Assembly (NCBI GenBank): GCA_900541865.1
Contig: UQLO01000005.1
Coordinates: 19,177-83,176, forward strand
From: an uncultured Porphyromonadaceae bacterium
GTDB taxonomy: Bacteria > Bacteroidota > Bacteroidia > Bacteroidales > Muribaculaceae
Reading direction: 5' to 3'
Length of the DNA: 64,000 bases
The notes beneath the pieces are model-generated. The model was not told the origin of the DNA. It did no database searches and was given only the letters and a program-made list of their open reading frames with translations. Both the position numbers and the translations under genes were made by a program. Shown here piece after piece: positions 27,505 through 36,263 of the stretch; positions within the stretch are counted from its first letter, which is position 1; each line of letters begins with the position of its first letter.

Positions 27505-30438
27505 TCATGCCACTATGCGGGCCAGGAGGTCGCCCAAGGCGCGGTTCACCTCCGGACGAAGTTCCGAGCGCTTAAGGTGCACGATGTAAGCTATGGTCAT
27601 ATACTCGATCCACTCGTTGTAGTGGTTATCGAACGATTCGGTGATGTTGCCCGCGTCGGCTATCATGTCGGCGAAGAGCCCGGCAAGTTCGTCGTGTGTG
27701 TAGGTACTCTGCCGTTCGCGCTCTATGTAGTTGTAGACGCTCAGCTCGTTGTCCTCCACCAGCTTGTGGGCCTTGGCCTTGAGCTCGGGCGAAAGCAGCG
27801 AGTAGCCGAAGTCGTTGACGAAGCCGTTGATTACCGAAGCCATCATATCGGCCACGAGGCTTTCCTTGACCATCGCGATATTGGCGATGCTTACCTCCGA
27901 CCGGATTTTCTCCGCAAGGATATCGGCAAGCCCGAGCCGTTCGGCGCTGTCGACCAGCGTCTTGATGAGGTCTTTCATCAGCACCGGGTTGAAGGTGTCG
28001 TCGCCGGTGAAGGTATTCATAAGTTCCTCCGAGCGCACCTTGTTGCGCCAAAGCTCCATGATGTGGTCGGCAATGAATACCTGGTTCGTTTTGGGGCGTA
28101 GTGTTTCGGTGAAGAGCAGCTCCACGTCGATGCCGCGCTTGGCAAGATTGTCGGCGGCCTGCTCGCGGGTGCGCCAGCCGTAGGCGCGCATCAGCTTCTG
28201 CCATTTGAGGTCCGCCGTCGGGCAGCCCTCGAAGTTGCCGCACCGCTTGCGGATGAGCTGGTACTCCTTCATGTTGTTGAGTGTGTTGTTAAGGTCGGTG
28301 CCGTTGACAAGCTTGTGGACCACGCTCAGACATTCAACTTCCGTAACCTGGAGCGCCTGCAGAAGGTGCCCGAAGTAGTAATTGTCCTCCGTGCACGAGG
28401 CATCAAGCTCCCAGCGAAGGTTGGCAACGGTGTCGATGCTCTGAAGGAGCTTTTCGGCTTCGTTGTCGGAGTCGTATTCAGCCTCCAGGATGGCACGGAC
28501 CTTGCCCATTATGTTGTCGCGCTCACGCTTCATCTGCTCCGTGCGTATCTCGGAAGCAGCCCGCGCTACTTTGCCCATGCGTTCGATGATGTAGAGGGCG
28601 CCGTCGTTGTTGAGCGTCGTCGCAACGTCCCACGACAGCTCCGGGTCGAAGAAGAGCTCGCGCACACTCGGATTGGCCACGAAGGTGCGCCGTAGCAGGC
28701 GGTAGTAGTCCGGTTTCATCGCAAGCTCGCGCTCCGGCGACGAGGTCTCCACGTTGTAGCCCTCGAACATTCCGTTGCCTTGGCCCGTGCAGGCGCAGTA
28801 GGCGAAGCTGCGAAGTAAATATGTATCCTTGAACGATTGGCCCTGGCCGCTCCAGTTCTTGAACCAGTCGGCGTTGGTCCAGTTGAGCACCGCATCCAAA
28901 AGCACGGTGCGGAAGCGGTCTTCCCAACGGTTGTTGACGGCAGTCTCGGAGTTGAAACTCGATATGTCCTTGTACGTCATATCGATGTTGATCTTGGTGG
29001 CTACCAGCATCAGGGGTGAGATGCCGCCGGTGCGCCGAAGAGTGGACATGCGTTCGTCGGCGGTGGCCCCGACATTGCGGCGCACCCACTGGTCGAGCAG
29101 TATGTGGAGGTTCTTCACTTCGCTCTGCTTGTGGTGGTGGCAGAACATAAGAACCTTCATCATGTGGCTTTCGCTGTAGTGGTTGAAGAGGTAGGCGATT
29201 TTGCCGCGCAGGAAGAGTTTCACAAGCACCGACTGGCCGCTCTTGTCGCGCTCGCCCTTTCGGCAGTTGGCCTCGTCCTGCTGCTCGGGGCTGCGGGCGC
29301 CCGGGAAGTCGAGCAGGTCGGTGTCGGAGAGCAGGCTCTTGTCGACGGTCGAAGCCAGCTTGTGGTACGAGGCTGCCGGCAGATGGCCCGGCTCGGTGTC
29401 GCGGGTGCGGTCGTAGCCGTAGTGCAGGGTCTCCTCGAGGTATTCCGGGTCGATTTTGAAGATTACCTCGGCGCTGACGGCGCATATGTCGCAGGTCGGC
29501 ATGGTGCACACCTGACGCAAGGTCGACGGATTATCGTTGACAGGCACGAACACCGGCGACGTTATCTCCCAGTCCGGCTCATCGAGTCCGTTGAGGCACG
29601 CCACCGACATTATGGTCCGCTTGTTCTCCCCTCCGTGCATAACCGTCTCAAGCGGAACGTAGACTTCCGGTGCGAACCCGAAGCGCTCCAGGTCGGCAAT
29701 CAGGCGGCAGAAGAGGTCGGAAATGGCCTCGTTTTCATGCCAGAGGTATTTGAGCACGTTGACCCATTCGGCGGCCGGTACTCGCCGGATGATGCGGGTC
29801 ACGGTCTCGAAGTAGCGGCTGCGGCGAAGACCCTGCGTCGGGGCCGACATATACGCTGCCAGATAGCTCTTCACGTCGAGTATATCGTCCTCGGTCAGTG
29901 CGGTTTCGCCCTGTTCGGGACGACCGGCGTAGGTCTTGTAGATGCGGTCCGAAATCTGGCGTAGCTCTTCGTCGGAGTAGGTGGTATAGTCCAGTATGTT
30001 GCCGAAATAGCCCGATGAAAGTATGCTCACTATCTGGCCGGGACGCAACAGCTTAACTATCACGGGGTATTCCTCGTTGTAACGCTCCGGATTGCGCTTG
30101 AAGCTGGTCAGGCGCGTCACTACGCCGGTGGCCTCGCGGTCGTCGCCGATAGGGTTGATGGCGTCCACGAATCCTACCCCTTCGGGATAGGCCGTCGAGC
30201 GGATGCGGAATGCTTTGTCGGTGCGGTTCAGAAGGGTGTTGATCTGATAGCTCTTGCCGGTCTGGCTTTCGCCGAAGGCGCCTATGGCCGGATTTTCGGT
30301 CAAAGCGTTAAGCTGGCGAAGAAGACGCCGGCGCCCGTCGACCATGGTGAAGAATGACTGCTCGTACTGCTCCGGTTTGTTGTCCTTGAGCCACTGGAGG
30401 CCTTCGTTGATTATCTGGATATCGTCGTTGATTGTCAT
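27505..30438 (-). CDS. Large dynamin-like P-loop GTPase (977 aa), possibly SrfC-like
   Basis: N-terminal G1 GAFGESQTGKSYQINTLL, G3 LLDFPGA, and a degenerate G4 region ATKINID. Long alpha-helical C-terminal region. Confidence 0.5.
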   Translation of the reverse strand: MTINDDIQIINEGLQWLKDNKPEQYEQSFFTMVDGRRRLLRQLNALTENPAIGAFGESQTGKSYQINTLLNRTDKAFRIRSTAYPEGVGFVDAINPIGDDREATGVVTRLTSFKRNPERYNEEYPVIVKLLRPGQIVSILSSGYFGNILDYTTYSDEELRQISDRIYKTYAGRPEQGETALTEDDILDVKSYLAAYMSAPTQGLRRSRYFETVTRIIRRVPAAEWVNVLKYLWHENEAISDLFCRLIADLERFGFAPEVYVPLETVMHGGENKRTIMSVACLNGLDEPDWEITSPVFVPVNDNPSTLRQVCTMPTCDICAVSAEVIFKIDPEYLEETLHYGYDRTRDTEPGHLPAASYHKLASTVDKSLLSDTDLLDFPGARSPEQQDEANCRKGERDKSGQSVLVKLFLRGKIAYLFNHYSESHMMKVLMFCHHHKQSEVKNLHILLDQWVRRNVGATADERMSTLRRTGGISPLMLVATKINIDMTYKDISSFNSETAVNNRWEDRFRTVLLDAVLNWTNADWFKNWSGQGQSFKDTYLLRSFAYCACTGQGNGMFEGYNVETSSPERELAMKPDYYRLLRRTFVANPSVRELFFDPELSWDVATTLNNDGALYIIERMGKVARAASEIRTEQMKRERDNIMGKVRAILEAEYDSDNEAEKLLQSIDTVANLRWELDASCTEDNYYFGHLLQALQVTEVECLSVVHKLVNGTDLNNTLNNMKEYQLIRKRCGNFEGCPTADLKWQKLMRAYGWRTREQAADNLAKRGIDVELLFTETLRPKTNQVFIADHIMELWRNKVRSEELMNTFTGDDTFNPVLMKDLIKTLVDSAERLGLADILAEKIRSEVSIANIAMVKESLVADMMASVINGFVNDFGYSLLSPELKAKAHKLVEDNELSVYNYIERERQSTYTHDELAGLFADMIADAGNITESFDNHYNEWIEYMTIAYIVHLKRSELRPEVNRALGDLLARIVA

Positions 30439-30470
30439 TGCAGGATTGTGTTATGGTGGTACCTCCGGTG

Positions 30471-33400
30471 TCAGCGTGTCTGGACGCTTAATTCAAACTC
30501 ACCCTTGTCGAGCCAGTGCTGGCCGTCGTTGACAAGGCTTTGGCCGATGAACTCTATCTGGTTCAGAGGCACCTGGTCGCCGTTTTGGTCGCATACGTCC
30601 TCAAGCACGAGCTTTTCGGGCTCGCCCTGGAAGTCGCGGCTGATGGTGACGCGAAGGCTCCGACGCCCCGAGTTGTTGTACAGCGCGTAGATGGGTCGGC
30701 CGTCGTAGAGCGGATGGTCGAACTGCTTGGCACCGAAGAAGGCCGGGAAGACCGTCAAGGTGAGATTTTCGCTGTTGTGGGTCGGGGTGAGCAGCGTGGA
30801 ACCCATCCGGTCGCCCTGGTAGAGGCATACGTAGTTGTCGGTGCTCCGGAAGTGCTTTACCATATCGTCAAACCGGATGACCATGCCGTTGAAACCCTCT
30901 GTGGACGCCAGATAGCCTACCATGGCGCCAACGGCCACAACGGCCTTTTGGTCGCGGAAGTAGCCCTCCGGGTCCGCAAGGGGATACCACTGGCCCACTC
31001 GGTACTCGTTCAGGCGCACCAGGCGGTCCGGGGTGACGGGAAGATATTTCACGAACAGCTCGGTGATGGCGTCGATCGACGTCGGGCGACCCGACAGCAC
31101 GATGATGTCGCACCGGTGTGCGTAGAGCATAACCGAAATCTGCTGCATCAGCTTCTCCATGGTGCTCTTGACGATGTCGGCCACTCGCTCCGGGTCGAAG
31201 CGCCACTTCAACTCCTCGAACCGGAATCCGAAGTGGTTGGCAAAGTAGTCCAGCAGGTATGCCGACGGCTTGATGTCCGGGAAAATTTCGCTGAAGGTGT
31301 AAACACGCGACGGACGGTGAAGACGCAGCTGCTCCATAAAGAACTGGGCCATCGGGTGGCTAACCTGGGTGTTGAAGTCCACGCGGCAACGACGGTCGCG
31401 GTCGTCCATCATCGTGGAGTCAACCCCGAAGAAATTGCGCGTCAGACCGGAGGCAAGGCGTTGCTTCAAGGTGGCCGTCTCGCGCGGGTTGCCCGAGGCA
31501 CTCCGAAGGTCGTTGACTATACCGCGGAAGAAGCTGTGGCGGCTCATAACAGGGATGGCGGCGATTTCTTCCACTTCCATGTTGTTAAGCCGTGCCGTCA
31601 GGGCCGAGTAGATGCTGCCCATAGAGGGGTCGTCGCCGGTAGCGTCCTCGATGATGACGTTCTGGATGATGTTGCGGAGTATATCGTCGCCGGCAACGTA
31701 GAAGCTGTCCCAGAAAATGGGACGAGGAGTCAGAGTGCCGGCGTCGTTGCCCGAGCACATGTAGGTGCACACCATCACGTCGGTGGTGCCGGCGCCGATA
31801 TCGACCGAGGCAACAGTCACGGCCTTGTCGTTGTAGCCCTCTTTGGCAAGTTCGGGGCGAACGTGGCCCTTGAGCTCGAAAAATTCGCGGGCGCGGCCTT
31901 TGTAGCGCTGGGCGATTTCGGCGTAGAGGTAGACGAGCTGGCAGCAGGTGGCCTCGTCGTAGGTCCAGGTGGCGTTGTCGTCGCCCATACCCGGGTCCGC
32001 GTCGGCCGGATTGACCGAAAGTTTCTCCACCGAAGGATATACTTCGATGTCGTTCAGCTTATCATCGGGGTATACTGCCTTAAGAGCCTCGAAGGCATCC
32101 ATGGCGCACTGGCGAAGCTTGATTTGCTCAGCCTTGGGCATAGCCGTGGGGCACGTCAGTATGAGGTTGCGGAGCACTCGCTTGCAGTTTATGTCGCCGT
32201 GCTTGCGGAACTCGGTGGAGTTGATCTGCATCAGTGCCTGCTGGAGCACTTCGACCAGCACGAAGGTCATCAGCGAAGCGCGAGAGTAGTGGGTGTGGCC
32301 GTCGGTGGGCTCTACCATATTGTCGATGTCGCGGATGAACTCGCCAGTGGCATCGAACTGGTCGGACAACCCCGGTATGTAGATGTTCTCCGACTCGCGG
32401 ATGTACAGCGGGTCGTTTTCGGTGGTCAGGAACTCCCACTTTTGGCGGAACATGCGGGTGTCCCAAAGGTAGCGCTTCGGGCTGGAGTAGTTGGTGGTGC
32501 TGGCCCAAAGTCCTTCCGATTCCACCGAGCGGTAGACGAGTTTTTTGGCCTCGTCGCCGACTCGAACCATCGACGGATAGCGGAACATATCCTCGTCCTC
32601 AATCACGATATCGTTGGCAAAGTCGGCCTGACGGAACACCAGGCGCATGTCGAAGGGCTTGTCGTAGCTCATCCACGGGTCGGTGAGGTCGCGCAGGGAG
32701 AGCATGGTGGCCTTGGTGAAATCGCCGTTCTCGAAGAGCAGGCCGCAGGTGCGCGAGTTGCCGATGTCCAGTACAAGGTCGACCGGTATCTCGCGGTCGG
32801 CCGGACAGCGGTGTAGCGTAACCTCGGGGGAGGCTCCGATTAGGCGGATGTAATTAACCAGATAGATATACCAACCTATGTAGCGGTAGGCGCTACCGGA
32901 GGGGTCAAGGCCGAGCAGTTCGGCCAGATAGTGGCTGAACACGGTGAAGTCGCCCTTGGGAGCCATGAAGGTCAGCAGATTGCTCACCCGGTTGCACAGG
33001 GCGAACTCCAGCTTGTCGATGCCCTCTACGGGGAAGGTCGGTCGGAAGATGGCCATGTCGTCTGTGCTGATCTGGGTGTCGAAGGCCCAGGTGAAGCGGT
33101 AGCGGTCGGTGCCGGGCTGCTCGCCCTCGCCGGTACGGTCGATGCGCAGTCGGCACCACGCGTAAGGAACGTCGGCGCTCACCCCGTTGTGCATCTCGAA
33201 CATAGGCATCGGTAGCCATTTACCCAGTATTAGCTCGAAGGCCGCTATCCGCTCGTGCACGTTGGCCGGATTGGGCGTTTTGTACGATGCCGGCGAGTTG
33301 AAGGTGAAAAGCCGCTCGGCGTCGCCCGGTTCTATCTGGTTGTAGAACGTCGGCGATACGTCCGACCGCATTATCTCAACGCCCGATTCGTCGAGGCGCG

Positions 33401-33644
33401 CCCGGCCGTCGGCCAGCAGTTCGTTGGCGCGGTTGTCGGTGATTTCGTGCACCGGTATGAACTTGCCGATGGAGCCGTGGTACGACAGCAGGTCGAAAAG
33501 GCGCTCTCCCGTTTCTTGGTTCTTGATGTTGCAGAAGCTGTATTTGAGAGGACGCCCCGACGGCAGCGTGAGCTGCTGAGCCGGATCAAGCTCTAATTCT
33601 ATGGAATGGAACTGTATGCCGCTGTCGGCAATGAGATGGAGCAT
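30471..33644 (-). CDS. 1057-aa protein with an interrupted actin/Hsp70-fold ATPase core (SrfB-like)
   Basis: Phosphate-1-like VLDIGNSRTCGLLFENGD and phosphate-2-like VASVDIGAGTTDVMVC, separated by about 330 aa. Confidence 0.5.
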   Translation of the reverse strand: MLHLIADSGIQFHSIELELDPAQQLTLPSGRPLKYSFCNIKNQETGERLFDLLSYHGSIGKFIPVHEITDNRANELLADGRARLDESGVEIMRSDVSPTFYNQIEPGDAERLFTFNSPASYKTPNPANVHERIAAFELILGKWLPMPMFEMHNGVSADVPYAWCRLRIDRTGEGEQPGTDRYRFTWAFDTQISTDDMAIFRPTFPVEGIDKLEFALCNRVSNLLTFMAPKGDFTVFSHYLAELLGLDPSGSAYRYIGWYIYLVNYIRLIGASPEVTLHRCPADREIPVDLVLDIGNSRTCGLLFENGDFTKATMLSLRDLTDPWMSYDKPFDMRLVFRQADFANDIVIEDEDMFRYPSMVRVGDEAKKLVYRSVESEGLWASTTNYSSPKRYLWDTRMFRQKWEFLTTENDPLYIRESENIYIPGLSDQFDATGEFIRDIDNMVEPTDGHTHYSRASLMTFVLVEVLQQALMQINSTEFRKHGDINCKRVLRNLILTCPTAMPKAEQIKLRQCAMDAFEALKAVYPDDKLNDIEVYPSVEKLSVNPADADPGMGDDNATWTYDEATCCQLVYLYAEIAQRYKGRAREFFELKGHVRPELAKEGYNDKAVTVASVDIGAGTTDVMVCTYMCSGNDAGTLTPRPIFWDSFYVAGDDILRNIIQNVIIEDATGDDPSMGSIYSALTARLNNMEVEEIAAIPVMSRHSFFRGIVNDLRSASGNPRETATLKQRLASGLTRNFFGVDSTMMDDRDRRCRVDFNTQVSHPMAQFFMEQLRLHRPSRVYTFSEIFPDIKPSAYLLDYFANHFGFRFEELKWRFDPERVADIVKSTMEKLMQQISVMLYAHRCDIIVLSGRPTSIDAITELFVKYLPVTPDRLVRLNEYRVGQWYPLADPEGYFRDQKAVVAVGAMVGYLASTEGFNGMVIRFDDMVKHFRSTDNYVCLYQGDRMGSTLLTPTHNSENLTLTVFPAFFGAKQFDHPLYDGRPIYALYNNSGRRSLRVTISRDFQGEPEKLVLEDVCDQNGDQVPLNQIEFIGQSLVNDGQHWLDKGEFELSVQTR

Positions 33645-33686
33645 AGCCTGGGGTGATTGGTTTGCGATTGTTATTTTCCGCTAAAT

Positions 33687-33722
33687 TAGCCTTTTTTTTG
33701 CGTTCGCAAAAGCTTTTGGCGC
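33687..33722 (-). promoter_or_regulatory. Candidate promoter for the 12-gene array: TTTG-N18-TAATTTAG on the minus strand, overlapping a palindrome
   Basis: The minus strand reads gcTTTTGcgaacgcaaaaaaaaggcTAATTTAGcgg. The plus-strand palindrome cgcAAAAGCTTTTggcg (33693-33709) overlaps the -33 element. Confidence 0.3.
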
Positions 33723-33793
33723 GAAATCTTACGGATTGGCCGTTTTCGCTGACGAATTGGCGGGGTTACGGGGCCGGAGTGGTCCTTATGGCA

Positions 33794-34549
33794 TCACTCT
33801 ACTTCAAGATTGGCCAGCAGACGCTGGCGCACTACTTCGTACATGGCCACGCCGGCGGCCACGCTGACGTTGAGGCTGCCCGTATGGCCGAACATAGGTA
33901 TGCCAGCTCGGGTATCGGCCAAGGCCAGTATTTCCTCGCTGATGCCGGTGTCCTCGGCGCCCATCACCAACGCCACGGGGGTGGTATAGTCGGCAAGGGT
34001 ATAGTTCTGCGACTCTTTTTCGGTCACGGCCACTATCTGGCATCCGCTTTCGCGCAGGTAGCGCACGCCGGCCGCAAGATTGTGCTCGCGGCATACCGGT
34101 ATGTTCAGCAGCGCCCCCGCAGAAGTCTTCACGGCATCGCCGCCTACGCCGACGCTGCCGCGCTCGGGAATTACGATGGCGTTCACACCGCAACACTCCG
34201 CCGTGCGCGCTATGGCGCCGAAATTGCGGACGTCTGTAATGCCGTCGAGAACCAGTATGAAGGGCAGCACGCCGTCCTCGAAGAGCGCCGGCATAACGTT
34301 GCCAAGTCGGTGGTAGGCCACGGCGGCCATGATGGCTACCACGCCCTGGTGGTTGCGCCGGGTATAGCGGTTGAGGCGCTCGGCCGGCACGCGCTGCACC
34401 GGCACGCCAAGATTGCGCGCCGTATGAAGCAACCGAACGGCAAGCTCGCCGTTAAGGTCTTTGCGGACCATGAGTTTGTCGATGGTGCGCCCGGCTGCCA
34501 TGGCTTCCAGCACGGGGTGTATGCCAAATATAAAGTCGTTTGATTCCAT
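33794..34549 (-). CDS. rlmB: 23S rRNA 2'-O-methyltransferase (SpoU/TrmH family, RlmB-like)
   Basis: N-terminal substrate-binding domain plus SPOUT motifs (…LVLDGITDVRNFGAIARTAE…). Confidence 0.75.
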   Translation of the reverse strand: MESNDFIFGIHPVLEAMAAGRTIDKLMVRKDLNGELAVRLLHTARNLGVPVQRVPAERLNRYTRRNHQGVVAIMAAVAYHRLGNVMPALFEDGVLPFILVLDGITDVRNFGAIARTAECCGVNAIVIPERGSVGVGGDAVKTSAGALLNIPVCREHNLAAGVRYLRESGCQIVAVTEKESQNYTLADYTTPVALVMGAEDTGISEEILALADTRAGIPMFGHTGSLNVSVAAGVAMYEVVRQRLLANLEVE

Positions 34550-34571
34550 TGTCGGTCAGGGTGTTGTCTGT

Positions 34572-36263
34572 TTAGGATTCGGCTCCCTCCAGCAGCGCTT
34601 TCGCTGCAGCAAGCGAGGCCGGGTCGCTGCCTTTGCCGCTTAGCATGAGGGCTATTTCGGTCTGGCGCCCCAAGGCGTCAAGCTCCTGCACGCGGGTGAG
34701 GGTGGAGGTGTCGTCGTCGTGTTTGTATACTTTGTAGTGGCGGTCGCCAAGGGCGGCCACCCCGGGGAGGTGCGTGATGGTAATCACCTGGATGGTGCGC
34801 GATATGTGCTTCATCATCTGCGCCATGCGGGCCGCTATCTCGCCCGACACGCCGGTGTCGACCTCATCGAAAATTATGCTGGGCAACTGCATGCGGCTCG
34901 CTACTATAGTCTTGATGCTCAGCATAAGTCGCGATATTTCGCCGCCCGAGGCTGAGGAGCCCACCGGCACCAGAGGCTGGTTCTTGTTGAAAGCGAAGAG
35001 AAACTGCAGCTGGTCGTAGCCGCTCGGAGAGAGCTTGCCGCGAGTTATGGTGATTTCGCACCGCAGATTTGGCATGCCGAGGGTGGCGGCGGTGGCACGC
35101 AGCTCCTGGGCGAAGGCCGTGGCGGTGACCGCGCGGTTTTCGCTGAGCTTGTCGGCAATGGCGATGGCGCTTTTCTTGGCGCGGCGTGCCGCAGCCTCCA
35201 GTCGGGCTATAGTGGCGTCGGAGTCGTGCACGGCGGCAAGCTGAGCCGCAAGGCGGTTGCGCAGCTCGATGAGCTCGTCGACGCTGTCTACGTGGTGTTT
35301 GGCCTCAAGGGAGTAGATTTGTCCAAGACGCTGCTCGATTTCGTCGAGTCGCCCTTCGTCGGGGTCCAGAGAGGCGTCGTAGGCCGCCAGGGTGCCGGCG
35401 ATGTCGGCAACCTCCACGCGGGCGCTTTCGAGCCGTTCGGCAAGGGTGTGGAAGTCGACCTCCTCTCCCGCATCGTCGCCCAAAGTCACGGCAAGACTCT
35501 CCAGAGCGCCGACTGCCTTGCGGAGTTCGCCCAAGGCGTTGACCGGAGCGTCGCCCAGGGGCTCGGCGGCCTGACGTATTTTGGCCTTTATCTCCCCGAG
35601 GTTGGCAAGAAGGTCGCGTTCCCGCTCCAGGGTCTCGTCCTCGCCGGCAAGGAGGTTCATGGCGTCCAGTTGGTTGAACTGGAACTCCACGTACTCTGCC
35701 TCGGCAAGGCCCTTCCTTATTAATTCGCGCGTGCGTGTGTAGTCGGCAAGAACTTTGCGGTAGGCCTCGTAGGCAGCGCGGTAGTCGGCAAGTAGCGGGC
35801 CGTTGCCGGCAAGGGTGTCGATGATGTTGAGCTGGTACTCCGGCGAGGCCAGCAACAGGTTCTGATGCTGTGAGTGTATGTCGACAAGGTGAAGCGCCAC
35901 TTCCCGCAGCACGGCCAGCGTCACGGGAGTGTCGTTCACAAAAGCCCGGGAGCGGCCCCCGGGGAGCAACTCGCGTCGAAGTATGCACCGGCCGTCCGAC
36001 ACGCCGTCGAGCTCGTTGGCGCTCAGCACTTCCGCTACGGCCGGCGCCGACGTGTAGCGAAACTGAGCCTCGATGACGCTCTTGCGCGAGGTATCGCGCA
36101 CGGCGCGTAGGTCGGCGCGGCCCCCAAGCAGCTGGCTCAGCGCGCCAAGGATGATGCTCTTGCCGGCTCCCGTCTCGCCTGTGATGATGTTCAGCCCGGA
36201 CGAAAAATCTATGTCCAGGCTGTCGATGAGGGCGTAGTTGCTGATGTGCAGTGTCTGAATCAT
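34572..36263 (-). CDS. recN: DNA repair protein RecN
   Basis: MIQTLHISNYALIDSLDIDFSSGLNIITGETGAGKSII Walker A. Long coiled-coil. SMC-like C-terminus. Confidence 0.9.
   Translation of the reverse strand: MIQTLHISNYALIDSLDIDFSSGLNIITGETGAGKSIILGALSQLLGGRADLRAVRDTSRKSVIEAQFRYTSAPAVAEVLSANELDGVSDGRCILRRELLPGGRSRAFVNDTPVTLAVLREVALHLVDIHSQHQNLLLASPEYQLNIIDTLAGNGPLLADYRAAYEAYRKVLADYTRTRELIRKGLAEAEYVEFQFNQLDAMNLLAGEDETLERERDLLANLGEIKAKIRQAAEPLGDAPVNALGELRKAVGALESLAVTLGDDAGEEVDFHTLAERLESARVEVADIAGTLAAYDASLDPDEGRLDEIEQRLGQIYSLEAKHHVDSVDELIELRNRLAAQLAAVHDSDATIARLEAAARRAKKSAIAIADKLSENRAVTATAFAQELRATAATLGMPNLRCEITITRGKLSPSGYDQLQFLFAFNKNQPLVPVGSSASGGEISRLMLSIKTIVASRMQLPSIIFDEVDTGVSGEIAARMAQMMKHISRTIQVITITHLPGVAALGDRHYKVYKHDDDTSTLTRVQELDALGRQTEIALMLSGKGSDPASLAAAKALLEGAES

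Noticed and set aside
30516-32816. 766-aa plus-strand ORF
   Set aside because: Antisense to the 1057-aa actin-fold gene, which has the coherent motifs.
33653-34543. 296-aa plus-strand ORF
   Set aside because: Antisense to rlmB.
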